Origin: Octopus bimaculoides
Lineage: Eukaryota
Direction: 5' to 3'
NCBI RefSeq assembly: GCF_001194135.2
Contig: NC_068989.1
Location: 69,805,073-69,869,072 of the forward strand
Length of the DNA: 64,000 bases
Notes under the pieces: model-generated
What the model was told of the DNA's origin: nothing
Database searches by the model: none
Seen by the model: only the letters and a program-made list of their open reading frames with translations
Translations under genes and position numbers: made by a program
Shown: positions 50,412 through 64,000 of the stretch, one piece after another
Numbering within the stretch: position 1 is the stretch's first letter
Layout: every line of letters starts with the position of its first letter

Positions 50412-53400
50412 TATGTATGTATATATATATAGTATTATATATTTTGAAAATTGTCTTCATCATCATCCTCAGCATTTTTAATGTTTATTTTTCCATACTT
50501 GATTGAGGCAGATTTTCTATGACAGCATGCCCTTCTTGTTATCAACCCCCACCTTTTTTTTTTTTACCAAAGAAGCAAAGTAATGTTCCCCCATAGTCAG
50601 ACATATTTTTACAGAATACCTGAAATGAATGGTGCCTTGTATGAGAATGGAACACATTTACTACTAAACTGTGATGTCAAGACACAGAAGCACTAACACA
50701 TACACACACACCTATGTGCACATTTACTTACATCTATACATGCTTGTGTGTACAACATGCTTCTTTTACTTTCCATTTACTAAATCCACTTGGTCCAAAA
50801 TTATAGTGGAATGCATACTCAAAGTGGTATGCAGTGGGACTGAACCCAAAACCATGTGTTTGGGAAGCCATGCCTGCACTGAAACAGATATTTAGGGTCA
50901 CGTATCCGAAGAAATTAAGATTTGTATTTCAGTTCTATTCATATATATATATATATATATATATANNNNNNNNNNNNNNNNNNNNNNNNNNNNNNNNNNN
51001 NNNNNNNNNNNNNNNNNNNNNNNNNNNNNNNNNNNNNNNNNNNNNNNNNNNNNNNNNNNNNNNNNNNNNNNNNNNNNNNNNNNNNNNNNNNNNNNNNNNN
51101 NNNNNNNNNNNNNNNNNNNNNNNNNNNNNNNNNNNNNNNNNNNTAACATAGTCCTGCACAAATGGTACCTGTCAAACCTGGAAATATTTAAGCACATTTC
51201 AGTTGTAACAGACAAAAATTCTTTACTGGGTTCTTAGTTCCATATGTATTACTAATTCGGTTTTACTTAATTTCCTTGGAGATTCCTTTTATAAAGGAGA
51301 CCTTATCTGTAACAGCTTGTCATTTTTATTTTCAGACTAAACACTATTTCAGTTCCTAACTATTGTTTTCCATTTTTTTTTTTTTTTGACACTGTTATAT
51401 TGCAAGCAAAGCTTATGCATTTTTCAGTAATACTTTGGTGGCTGAATAAGTATTGATATTGACTTTTGATGGTAAAACTGTAGCACAATTCATGATATTA
51501 CATTATTAGGTGCTATTTTGGTATGCAAACGATTATTGCACCTGCTCACCTTGGATGAACTAAATATCTTGAGAAAATCTTAGATGACATTTTCTGATAT
51601 TTGAAGTATCTAAATATCATCTCCTTAATATATAATAATGTTAATTGTGATGACTAAAAGTCTAAATTACACCTCTTTGAAGCTAACTAGCTTTTATCTT
51701 TTACTTGTTTCAGTTATTGACTCAAATCAACACCAGTTGTCAAGCTGTGGGGTGGGAGTGGGAGAACACATGCACACATACACACATGTGCACACATACA
51801 CACATGTGCACACATACACATATGTGCATACATAAACACATATGCACACATACATGATGAGCTCCTACACAGTTTCTGTCTACCAACTTCATTCACAAAA
51901 CATTGGTTGACTTGGAGCTGTAGTAGAAGACACTTGCCTAAGATGCCATGCTGTGGGACTGAACCCAAACCCACATGGTTCCAAAGTGAGTTTCTTAACC
52001 ACATGGCCATGCATTGCACCAATGTCAAATATTTCTGGATATTTCTTAATATGTATGTTATTCTGTCTTAACTATTCCTTCATATATTTTCTTCCCCTTC
52101 TAATATGTTTCATCATTTGTTTTTCTTATGCCATATGAATTACTCCCACCCACTCTTCTGTGATGTGAGTAGTCATGTAGCTCCTCTGCAAGACAGCAAA
52201 AAACTTGTCCCTGTCCCTACTTTTACAATTTAACCTCTCAACCCCTAGCATAAAGTTACCTCCCTCTCTTCTATACTCCCACAAGACTAAAGTTGAGCAC
52301 TTTAGCTTTGTAAGTTACATAGCAACCTCTCTAGAGGTGACACTACAAAATAAAGCACCCAGTATTACTCTGTAAAGTGGATCATGTTAGGAAGAGTATT
52401 CACCCATAGAAACCATGCCAAATCAGACATTGCAGCATGATGCATTCCTCAAACCTGTCTAACCATCCAGCCCATGCATAGAAGATGGAAAATAACAGAT
52501 GTCAATGGCGATGGCAGTGATGATGGTGATGATGATGATACTGACGATGCTGGCAGGGGTGATAATAATGATGATATAACAAGTTTGTTGTGCAGAAAAT
52601 ATTCTATTGACAAATATATGGCTTTCTTAGTTTTCTCTCCCAGTAGGTTTATATGCAAAATAAGAAGGTCCCTTTGACAAACAAATTTTTTATAGCTTTG
52701 CATGTAATGTAGCTTGAATTGTTTAAAGTCATTTGTCATATGATGTATTATATAATCATCATATATCCACTTTCCATGCTGGCATGGATTGAATGAGTTG
52801 TCTCAATCCAAATCAATTCTTATTGAGGGTTTGATATTGCAAATTGATCGATTCTAATATCAATGAAGATAGATTCCAATATTGAATTTTACTAATCTCA
52901 TATCACTTCTACATTTTCCTTTTCAATATACATCGCAAGGGTCTAGTCTATAGTTTGTAGGAGGACAGTTAGAAGAAACTGTGGTGTGGTGATTTTTCAA
53001 TGGAGTTAACATCATGAATGAAATGGGGATGGAGGTGAAGATGGGGTGAAGCTGTCTCATAATTTTGGCTTGCTACTATAATTTCTAATCAAGAATCTTA
53101 CAAAACTAATACATAAGCATAACATATTCTAATTATTATTGATGTATTATTATGACTGGTTTTGTTTTTCTTCCAAATATTTTTATGCTTCTACTGAAAC
53201 ATCCATAATACTGAGAATGAAATCAACATTTTTGTTTTTGTATTGTTTTTATATCAAATACATTTAGGTTAAGATATTTGTGTGTCTTCGGAGCTGTTCA
53301 CGTCTGGTTTAGAACCTGTTTGTCTGAGAGGCACATTGCCAGAATCAGTTTTGTCGTGAGCAAGGAACAGTGTGCTGGCAAGTGTTATGTTAACATGTTA

Positions 53401-54266
53401 AGTTATGAGCATGTGGGGAAATTATTTTCAACCATGTTTTAGTGAAGAAGTATGGTTTCTGGTTCAGTTCCACTGCATGACACCTTGGGTAAGTGTCATC
53501 TACTCTTGCCCTGAGCTGCTTAAATCCTTCTGAGTGGATTGTGAACTGACAATAAAGGAAGCCCATTGTGTGTGTGTGTGTGAATTACTGACTCCATGCT
53601 TCGAAATTACATAATATTTGTAAACAAGTATTACTGTCATGCTGTCAGTACCCTTCATTTCCAATATTCTGTGAAAGCATCTCTGGTCCTGGAGAAATAT
53701 TAACCTTACTTGGAAGCAGGTGAGGATTGGCAACATGACAGCTGTCTGGACATAGAAAGTCCACTCCTACTAAAATTCTGTCTGACCCATGCAGCATGGA
53801 AAAGTGACGCTTAAAATGGTGATGATGTACAACTGTTAAATAGATATTATGTAAATCAAGAAATAAACAGAATAAGAGTTGTAAAGTTTCTTATGTATTA
53901 GAACATAGTTGATAGATACAGCAGGAATAATCTCATAGAGAAAAAGTTGAAGGATGAAAATTACATTATATGTCTGAGGACATATAGCTTTGAGCTTTCA
54001 TACAGAAAATATCCCTCAAAAATTTAAGTCCCTGGATTTTCATGAGCTTTTCTATGAAATTCTAGAAAACAACTTTAGGTGTAAAAATTAAACCTTTGCA
54101 TTAGATTAGCACCACCTACCATAGGCTGATGTTATATATGCTTGGTTGGATATTAATTTATATAATATTGTTGTTTACCAGAAGTAACCATCTTCAGTCT
54201 ACATTACCAAATATAGTAATGATGTTTGTCAAATGTTTTAGCTTCAGATCTTAAATATTATACAAT

Positions 54267-54372
54267 GTACAAGCTTTGGAAGTACATATACTAAAGTTAG
54301 AACGATACAGAGAAGATTAGTATGAATCCTGCACAAGGATGACATGTAAATTCACGAGGCATTCCGTATTTT
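54267..54372 (+). pseudogene. U6: Full-length U6 snRNA pseudogene
   Basis: Ungapped 106-nt match to U6, about 80% by my manual count against human U6. ACAGAGA box intact (54307-54313); catalytic AGC triad changed to AGT; ends in TATTTT; many changes are CpG-type. Confidence 0.92.
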
Positions 54373-54808
54373 CTATAGGTGCAAGCATGACAGTGTGGTA
54401 TGAAGGTTGCTTTCCAATCACATGGTTCCAAATTCAATCCCACTGTGTGGTGGTTGTAGTGAATGTGGGAGATTAGAAGTAAGATACCTATCTTCTCTTC
54501 GTTGGCACAAACTTGTCGGGTGGTAATGTATCCTTCCATGTGGCCCGTCCTGAAATGCTAAAAATAGCAGCTGCTTTCCCTCACCTTGACAAAGCACTGA
54601 CACGTCCTGCACTCACGGCTTCCCCAATCGAAAAAGGCACAATCTTCCCCTGCCTGTGCGCACGTCACCTCCGCACCCTTCTTCTTCTGGTCATCTCCCC
54701 AGCCGCCGACATCATCCCACAGTGGCACCTTGGGCAAGTGTCTTTTCTATAGCCTTGGGCCAACCAAAGCCTTGTGAATGGATTTAGTAGATGGCACTGA
54801 AGCCTATC

Positions 54809-54851
<43 letters not shown>

Positions 54852-55349
54852 NNNNNNNNNNCCAGTATTGATGTTTTTATGTCCCTGTAACTTAGCAGTT
54901 TGGCAAAGGGACCAATAGAATAAGTATCAGGTTTAAAAAAGAAATAAATAAGTACTGGGGGTCATTTCATTCAACAAAAAAAAAAAATTGAAGCTGGTGC
55001 CCCAGCATGGTCACAGTCAAAAGGCTGAAACAAATAAGAGAGATAAAAGAGATCCAATTTCAAATTTGAAGGAAAACTATTTGCTGTAAGTGCAATGGTT
55101 GTAGTGAGGTTCAGACATTGCTTTGATCTCAGTTATTGTGTCTCGTCTATGTTTAAACTATGTTCAAAAGTATTATTGGATTTTGGTTATGCAATCTGTC
55201 TGATTTGTTCTTTAATTCATTATTTGTTCTCGTGATATAATGTGTAGTTATTTATGTTTAGCAGACTTGTGAGTTTCATAGAAAATTATGGATTTTATAA
55301 GAGCAACAACCATATAGACATTGTACTATTAAGTAACACGTGCATTGTT

Positions 55350-55586
55350 ATCATCACCATCCATCAACACCGCTGTTTTAACGACTACTGTTACATGCTT
55401 TTATGGGCCAGACAGAATTCACCGAACCTTCCTGTCACCAACCCTCACCTGTTCCCAAGCAAGGTAATATTTCCACATGGCCAGACGTGACTTTACTGGA
55501 AGACTGGACTGGAAATATACAACACTGTTTGTATGTTAGATATGTATATTTACAACCTTCACATGATGCCAAGATAAGGGTGCATG

Positions 55587-55644
<58 letters not shown>

Positions 55645-55810
55645 CACACTTATATATACAAACATATGGTGAGCTTCTTTTGGTTTCCACCTATCAGATT
55701 CACTTACAAGGCTTTGGTCTACCAGGGGCCATTGCAGAAGACACTTGCCCAAGGTGCTGTGCAGTAGGATTGAACCCAGTACCACTTCTTAACTTCACAC
55801 CCATGCCTGC
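55350..55810 (-). mobile_element. SINE H with tail B, copy with a long (CA)n
   Basis: Collinear with the 28000-28430 copy. Confidence 0.75.
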
Positions 55811-57284
55811 ATCCCTAAAAAAATTCACTCTGTAAGCTACACACCCACAAATTCTTACACATCATCATTATCTTTTAATGTCATCTTCCATACTCACATG
55901 ATCCAACAGGATCCAAAACACAGTCAAACCACAGCATGTGCTTTGACATGGTTCCTACAGCTGGATGCCCTTCCTCATGCTAACCACATTACAGACTATA
56001 CTAGATGTGATTTACATTGCACTAACATTAGTAAGGTCACAATGTAATTTACCAGGTTAAAAATCCTCAGGACAATTAATAATAATAACAAAAGTACTGA
56101 GGAAGACAAGAAGTTAATGATGGCAGTTGTTGTTTTGATGTTGATATTATTTAGGCAGCTAGCTGGTAGGATTTTTAGTACACCAGACAAAATACTTTGT
56201 GATATTTCATCCGTTTTTACACTCTGAGTTCAAATTCTTTCAAGGTCGATTTTGTCTGCCATCCTTTCGGAGTTGATGAAATAAATACCAGTTGTGCACT
56301 GAGGTTGATGCAGTCAACTTCCCACTCTCCCAAAATTTCAGGCCTTGTGCTTATAGTAGAAAGAGTTATTATTATTATAGTTAGATTTATTGGTTATTAC
56401 GCTGACTCTTTCAAGTCAAGGAGAAAATAAATGACATAAATATCAAAATGATAAATTTCACATTTATTTGAGTCCTGTCTTAAAATTTAAAAAGATGAAA
56501 GCAAAATATCCAAAGATCATAATATGAGATTATGGAGAAAAATAGAAAAAGGACAACGAAAGAGAATTTGTGACTTCTCTTTGACATTTTAATCCTCCTT
56601 GACATCAAACTGCATGAAAACAGAAGAATTATTACAATACAAGGAGTCTGAAAATGTAATGAGGAAAATATTGAAAATGACATTACAGACTATATTAAAA
56701 AATTGACAAATAACTGCTTTGAAAATTGCATTTATAAAAAACATTGAGCCACAGTATCATCATCATCATCATCATCATCATTGTTTTAACATCCACTTTG
56801 CCATGGCTGCAGGGGTTAGATGAAATTCATTGCAAAAATTTTCTATGGGTGAATGTCCTTTCTCTTGTCAACCCTCACCTCTTTTCAAATAAGGTAACAT
56901 TTCCCCTTGGCCAGACATATAAAAAATTAAAAAAATTTATGCAGTATTGAAAATGAGTGATATTGCTTGTATGATGGTGACAATCATTTGATGCCAAGAC
57001 AGGGAGTCTAAACACACACACACACACGTATACAAAAACAACTATATATTACATATGCAATGGGCTTCTTTAAGTTGCTGTCACCCAAATCCACTTACAA
57101 GGCTTTGATCAGCCTGGAGCTCTAGTAGACACTTGCCCAAGGTGCCATGTAATGGTACTGAACATGAAACCATGTGGTTAGGAAGCTAACTTCTTGACCA
57201 CACAGCCATTGTACAACTTTATGCATTATCCAGTAAAACTAACTCCGTTAAATGCAGCAAGTATCTTACACATAGATCCTCTCA

Positions 57285-57850
57285 TTATAATGGGAAAAAA
57301 AAACTAACAGCCAAATTTCCCTTAAATCACATCCTGCTATTTTAAAAAAGAGAAAGAGACACATTAACAAATGTAATGATCCTGGATGCCCCTAAAAAGA
57401 CAGGATGGTCATGACTGAAATGCTTTTGGCTATAATTTTGCTCAATAAGGTTTCACCTGGTGCTAAGCAACAACATACAGTCATACAACTATGAAGGAGG
57501 GAGCCTCTATATTGTTACTTGACTTAGTTGAAATAATAACCAAATTAACCCTCTATCATTAAATAAATATTGAAAGTACACATTAGATAGTGCATTCTTT
57601 GGTATATTATGTTTAAATAAGAAATAGGTATGTCACAGTTGGAATGGTTATTGGTCTTAATCCTGGACTTGTGTTTAGTCCCAGATATGCTCAGAATCAG
57701 TATACCTATAATCAAAGGCATTCTGGCTGAGACCAAACCCTTCTTCTTATAATTATCTATGATGACATTGTTCAATGTGTTCATCCTGTTCTTAACAATA
57801 TATTATAATTTGAAAGGATTTGGCTGCTATTTCTAAGAGATTAAATGGTT
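57285..57850. repeat. Inverted pair of an unclassified ~190-bp repeat (57285-57475 minus, 57640-57850 plus)
   Basis: Shared motifs gtttag.ccca, aaaggcattc and gatttggctgctatttcta. Other copies at about 2345-2520, 12420-12600 and 27010-27200. Confidence 0.55.
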
Positions 57851-58993
57851 CCATGGAGTAATTCTCAAGTTGGCAAAGGCCAGAAAAATTTTGGGTAGAG
57901 TTTAGTAAATTTATTTAATTAACCATTGAAGGATAAAATGTAGCAGACAGAAAAAAAAGATGTTGTGATAATCATGCCCTTTTTTTTTTTTTGAATAGTT
58001 GACATTCATGAGAATGTCAACTCACCAGTTGCCTCTTATTATAAAATATTGCTAATGATAAATATTACAAAAATTTATTATATTGACATGAAGTATAGTC
58101 CTAGAAGAGGCAAAGAATTAGAGAATTAATAGTAATTTATGTCAACCTGCCTCATACAAATGTATGTAGAAATGGAAATTTAGCTGTTCCCATTGGACTA
58201 CCAAACCAGATTACATTGGTTCTCCAAGAGCTTTCCATCATACCACTATGCACAACATAAGATGAGCAAACTCCAGCTATGTTTGCACTACTGCTACTCC
58301 ATATAATAACCTCAATGATAGTTAATCTTTCAGCTCTAGCAATAATGATAAACACCGCTATATTAGTAAAGTTCTCATTTTGTGGAAAGTTTAATAAACT
58401 ATAAGTTCTAATTAATTGGAATAGCTATATGGGCACCAAGATAGTAAGATCACATAAACCAATATCAGTATGATGCTGTAGAGCATTTATAGCTAGGCTT
58501 ATTGATTTGATTATAAAGTTACTCCAATGCTTATACTTCTATATTTCCGAGATCACTGGCAGATATTGATTTCATACATTGGCACAAGGTCACAAATTTG
58601 TGGAGAATAATAGACTCAGTTGAATCAGCTTTGGTGTATAACTGCTATTTATTTTATCAGTAGTTTCAGGTGAAAGAGTGGAGTACTGGAATGCACCTGT
58701 TTTATTGATATTCAAACATGTTTCAGTGACAGCAAGTCTATGTGACTAAAATCTGCTGTCATTACTATATTTATGATTCTTGTTTCCCATATAGTTTTTT
58801 TGTCTAAAATGGAAATGCCTCAACATATGACTGTACCTATCTTTCAAACTTCATAAATCAGTTTACTTCTTTATTGCATATTATGAACACACTTTTCTTT
58901 TATTTTTACTGCATTATACTTTGTGAGTTTGCTCTAGCACTTCATCACTACCATCTTTGTCTTCTTTCTAGCTACTCCCACCCTCATGTAATA

Positions 58994-59745
58994 TTATGTC
59001 ATCCCATAAATAATGCAGTTTTTTTATACTTCTTTTATTTTTCAAAATTAAGATAAACAAAATTCTTTTTTAATCTAAAATATACTCTCCTTCATTTTGT
59101 ACAATGTTCTTCCATCTATCCGGTAGACTTGCAAGGACCCTCTTCCATAATTCACTTGTCTGTGACAAAAAATACTCCTCCAGTACTGTTCTGACCTCAT
59201 CTGCAGAATTCATATTTTTTCCGTCCAAACAATTTTGAAGACTGAGGAATAAATGATAATCAGATGGGGCAATGTCCAGTGAATATAGTGGATGGGGCAT
59301 TGTTTCCCATTCAAACTGCTCCAGCCTTTGGAATGTCATCCTCACTCTATGTGGCCAGGCATTATTCTGATGGAAGAACACCTTTCGTCTTGAAACCAAA
59401 GATGGTCATCTTTCTTCTAGCGCTGACTTAAGCTGTTCTCAGTAGATCTCCTTCGTTATTGTTTGGTTTGGGTTTAAATGTTCAAAATGGACTAAACCTT
59501 TCATATCTCACCAAACACCTTGCATGGGTGAAAACCTTCTTTAGCCTGGAATGCCAATGTTTCTCCTTTCCCTATTCACCATCTTCAGCACTTGACATAT
59601 TTATAGAGAACCCATTTCTCGTCACTAGTCACAATTCGGTTGATAAAAGGTTCATTCATGAGACATGACAGCAAAGAAGAGCACACATTCACTCTCTGCG
59701 GTGATTAGACTCGGAAAGTTTGTGAGGAACCTATTGACCCAATTT
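58994..59745 (-). mobile_element. Truncated mariner (DD34D) transposon
   Basis: ORF 59070-59399 has HQNNAWPH and HPLYSLDIAPSDYHLF. Upstream frameshifted sequence reads NEPFINRIVTSDEKWVLY. One TIR-like end (ttatgtcatcccataaataatgcagtttt) follows TA at 58992-58993. The other end is replaced by a SINE core fragment near 59746. Confidence 0.88.
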
Positions 59746-60371
59746 GCTGACTTTTTCCAATGGATTTGGTAGACAGAAACTAAAACTGTTGTGTGCTGTC
59801 TGTGTATTACTTTGCATTTGTGCTTCTCCAAAAATCGCTGAGCTACAAGTAATGATGTTGTTCTCATTTCCTTTGTCAAATATAGATGATTTGTTGACAA
59901 AGGGAAATTACAAAAACATCAGGAAGGGAAGGCGGTGAACTGGCAGAAACGTTAGCACACTGGGTGAAATGCTTAGTGGTATTTCATCTGTTTTTACGTT
60001 CTGAGTTCAAATCTTCCAAGGTTATCCTTTTGGGGTTGATAAATTAAGTACCAGTTGCATTCTGGGGTCGATCTAATCGCCCCCCCCCCCAAAAAAAAAG
60101 ATTTCAGGCCTTGCGCCTAGAATACAAAAGAATAACATCACGAAGGGAAATGGCTTTGAGCCTCTGAAGACAAGTGTAATAAGATAGGTTTTATTTGAAA
60201 AAACAAGTAAGAGTTAGTGATAGGAAGAGCATTCCAACTGTAAATATAATAATATATTCATGTGTGTCTTCCATAAATGCATGGTCCATTGTATAGAATT
60301 TATTCATGATATCATCTAAATTTTGATGTGGGTCTGCTAAAGAGTGTTGTATGACCCTAGAACATTATCTT

Positions 60372-61005
60372 AACCTTTTTGATATTAACTGAGGCCACCC
60401 CTAGTTTTATGATACAAGCTTCCTGTTTTAAATTAATCTAGATCTTAAAACCTTCCATCAAAATTCAATGTTGAATTATCTTCCAAATATCAGTTTAATA
60501 TCATTGTCATCATCATCATTGTTCTAATGTCCATCTTTCCAAGCTTTTCTATGCTTCTATAAGTTGAATAAAATTTATTGAGGTAGATTTTCTACAGTTT
60601 GATGCCCTTTCTGTCACCAACCCTTACCTGTTTCCAAACAAGGTTATATTTCTCCACTGCTAGACATGTTCAGAAAATGTTGAAATTCACATATAGCAAT
60701 TACATGGTGTCAAGTTGAGGAGAGACAACCACACATGCTTACACATACATGCATGCATGCATGCATGCATGCAGGTCTTTTTCCATTTTTCATCTACCAA
60801 GGTTTTGGTTGGTCCACAATTATTATAGAAGACACTATTCTAAGGTACCTCACAATACGATTGAACCCAAAACCATGTGGTTGAGAAGCAAACTTCTTGA
60901 CCACACAACCATACCTGCACCTATTTTATTTTTCTTCATTATTTTCAGAATTAACTAAATCAAAAATAGTGTGTTTCAACAGAAATATGGTAACAAACCG
61001 ATTAA
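60372..61005. mobile_element. P2 MITE split by a ~410-bp minus-strand SINE (about 60510-60920)
   Basis: The left half of the MITE stops near 60499 and resumes at ttcttcattattttcag (about 60930), ending in gattaa. Confidence 0.7.
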
Positions 61006-62369
61006 TGTTATTGCCGTCCTTTATATATATATATATTCTACTAGACTCTTACAATGCAATTTGTTTATCCGTCACTCATTAGCATTAGATAGGTCTCGTG
61101 TACTGTGATATTTATATTTGTTCATTGTGGCTGTGCTCTTTGGTTGTCATAGATCTAGTTTGTAAGCAATATAATCAAAGAAGACGGGTGTTATTTATAT
61201 AATGTTATTTACATTATTTATTATTTGTTGTTGTTGTTGTTAGAGCTGTTGGTTTGTTATTAGAATCTGATTATGTATTTCTGGACTTGTAGGAGTGGTG
61301 TAATTTGTAATTCACGTAAATAACTACCAGGCTTTGTCTGAACTACTACATAAACTCACTCGAGAATCACTGTAGACATTTTTGATCTATAAATATTGAT
61401 TTGTTGTAGAAATATTCTTAATCTTATTCCTAATCTGTTACATAACTTCATGTGGTTTCTTTTCTTTGTAGATAAGCCTCATAATAAATGTCATTATTAT
61501 TATATGGTCTGATCTTTTTCTTCGGCTTTGATTTTAGCACTGTTAATTATCTGCATAAATACAGATGTTAATAAATTACTGCACAGAACACTTATAAGCA
61601 AAACCTTCTAACTAAATTGCATCTGTCAGGTAGATGCAATTTAATTACTCTCGACAACACTATTACCATTAACTACATAATTACTGGATCTAAGATAGTA
61701 TTGATGTAATTTAACTTAGGACTACAGCATCTTCAATTATTTTCAAAAATTTTCTTTTTATTTTATTTTTAATTTTTCTCTCTAGTCATTACTAGAAATC
61801 ATTAACTTTCTGTTTTGGAATGGGTTTTTTTTATGTTTATTCTTTTTCACTTTCTTTCTCCCTTTTTTTCTGTCTCTTTTCCTTCCCTATACACACATGT
61901 ATCACAATCACCTATATAGCACTTCACTATAAGGGTTTTAAAATAATGGCAATATCTCTTGTTTTTACTGTTTCATTGTTCAATCTTTGTGTAGCAAGCA
62001 GCATGAAGTACATAAAGAGCCTCCTGGCAAGTCTGCTCTATTTCTACTTCTTGAGCTTCATTCTTCTGTTCTCTCCCTTACTTAGTATATTTTTTCTTCC
62101 TTACATTTTTTAATATTTCACTCCTTACTCTTTCCTCATGCACATGCACTTGAAGCCATTTACATTAACTATTGTAATATATAAATGTCACACTCTTATT
62201 TTCCCTCTTACTAAAAGAAAAAAAATTGTGTGCTTATGATGTAAAAAGAAAAATTATTACAATTGTTGGCTGAGCTATGTTGTTAATGGCAGCAGTTAAA
62301 CGCATCTTAGAGCAATGATTCTTCAGGCCTTCAAGTTCAGTCTGCTTTGGTCAGTTCAACATTCATCAG

Positions 62370-63050
62370 TGATATACCAAATAACTGAGTACTACTGAGC
62401 ATCTAGCTCACAAAAAAGATGTATCAATGAAAGGAATTGTTAGTTTTCATGATCAATTAAATAGATATTAGTATTATATGACACAACTGAATTCCACTGA
62501 GTGATCTAGCTTAGAATAAATCAATGAAGAAAACTTTTAACTAATTTTTATTATCAATTTCATGATCAAGAAAAAAATACCAGTAATATATCAAACGAGT
62601 ATCACTGAGTATCTAAAAGAGGCTGTATCCCATAAAAGGAATTGTTAATTTTCATGATTTATTTTGGTGATCAATAAAATATACATGAGTAATATACTGA
62701 AATGGATGAGTAGCACTAAGTATCTGGTTCAGGAATAAGCCAATGTATCTATGGAAGAAATTGTTAATAAATATATTTTTATGATCAATATGTTGATCGA
62801 TTGAGTAATATATTGAGTGACTATCATTGAGAGTGTAGCTCAGAAAAAAGGGGGTATATCAATGAAAGAAATTGTTAATATATAAATTTTTATGACTAGT
62901 TAGGTGGACAATTAAATATATACCAGTAATATATCACTGAGAATCTAGTACAAAAAAAAGACACTATATTAATGAAAGGAATTGTTAATTTTCATGATCT
63001 ATTTGGTGATCAAGGAAATAGTAGTAATAAATTTAATTTTCATGATTTTA
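62370..63050. repeat. Degenerate ~110-bp tandem repeat, about 6 units
   Basis: Each unit has agtaatata...cactgag.atcta...tcaatgaaag.aattgtta.ttttcatgat. Confidence 0.8.
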
Positions 63051-64000
63051 GATGTTTTGAAATAATTAATGTACATACTCAGTTTAAAATTTTCATTTAA
63101 TATTGTTGTTATGGTTATGGATGATTAATGGTATATGAGTTATTGAATTATATTCTCCACTCCTCTTGAAAGCATTTCGCATAAATATTTTATTGATTCT
63201 ATTATGTTAGTAAAGCAATGTTATTATATTTTGCGTGTGAGCGATATCTTCCTACAAGAAGGTCAAAACGAATTTTAATTCAGTATGTATTATTCCAGCT
63301 TCTGCCTTAATACCACAATATCTACATATAAATATTGATTTATTTAGGCAAGGCACTGACCAGGTTCTTCTTCTCCCTTTTCTTGCTTTTTGTTATTGTT
63401 TTAACATAAAGGAATTTTCATATCAACACATTACTGATACCCATTTTATCAACCTCTACCTTACACTATGCAGTAGAAGTAGTTGTATAATGTAAATATT
63501 ACCAATTTCACATACTTAACACGTTGTTTCAATGCCAGGAGCTCTGGTTTTTCATCTGCAAAATAGTGGTGGTCATCCCATGAATCGTTGTGGTTGTTGC
63601 CAGTACCATGTAAATAGCATCTGTGCATCATAGTTGTGGTCGTTGAATTATAGTCATGGTTGTCGCTGGTGTCATGTAACTGGCACCCAAAAACACCCAT
63701 TACATTCCTTGAGTAGTTGATGTTAGGAAGGGCATCCAGCTGTAGAAACCATGCCAAATCAGACCGGAACCTGGTGCAGCTCTCTGGCTTATCAGCTCCA
63801 GTCAAACCATCTAACCCATGCCAGCATGGAGAGTAGACATACACACAAATTTCATTCCTTCTGCCTATAATAGAAAGGATTATTATTGTTATTGGCTGTA
63901 AGGTGTACATATTTTAGAAATGAAATATACACAGAATAACTGAGCCCCTGTCTATATCAAAAGTGTCCACTTTATTTTACACAACCTTGCACATCCTTTG

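Noticed and set aside
54267-54372. U6 copy as a functional snRNA gene
   Set aside because: AGC triad mutated, internal stem-loop disrupted and about 20% diverged.

Overview
AT-rich, repeat-dense eukaryotic DNA with seven N-gaps. Almost all ORFs in the supplied track are microsatellite or gap artefacts. From memory, the repeat families resemble those of Octopus (coleoid cephalopod); this species call is an inference. The window is mostly intron of one + strand TRPM-family cation channel gene (TRPM1/3/6/7 / Drosophila Trpm type). Two exons are well supported (25620-25699, 27520-27685) and splice in frame to [32 protein letters not shown]...PTDAYGTIEFQGAPHPSKAQ. A candidate first coding exon lies at 5434-5565. 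I could not find the next expected exon in the remaining 36 kb. The introns hold RTE LINE fragments, an R4/Dong-like and a CRE-like retroelement remnant, a DD34D mariner, a DD37D maT element with a nested MITE, two TTAA-flanked MITE families, several tRNA-derived SINE families and a full-length U6 pseudogene. Best leads: a near-perfect 32-bp intronic hairpin, two hammerhead-ribozyme-like cores (one with a G3-C8 swap) and a possible U6-SINE chimera. No complete novel system can be claimed from the sequence alone. Repeat boundaries are approximate unless termini are stated.
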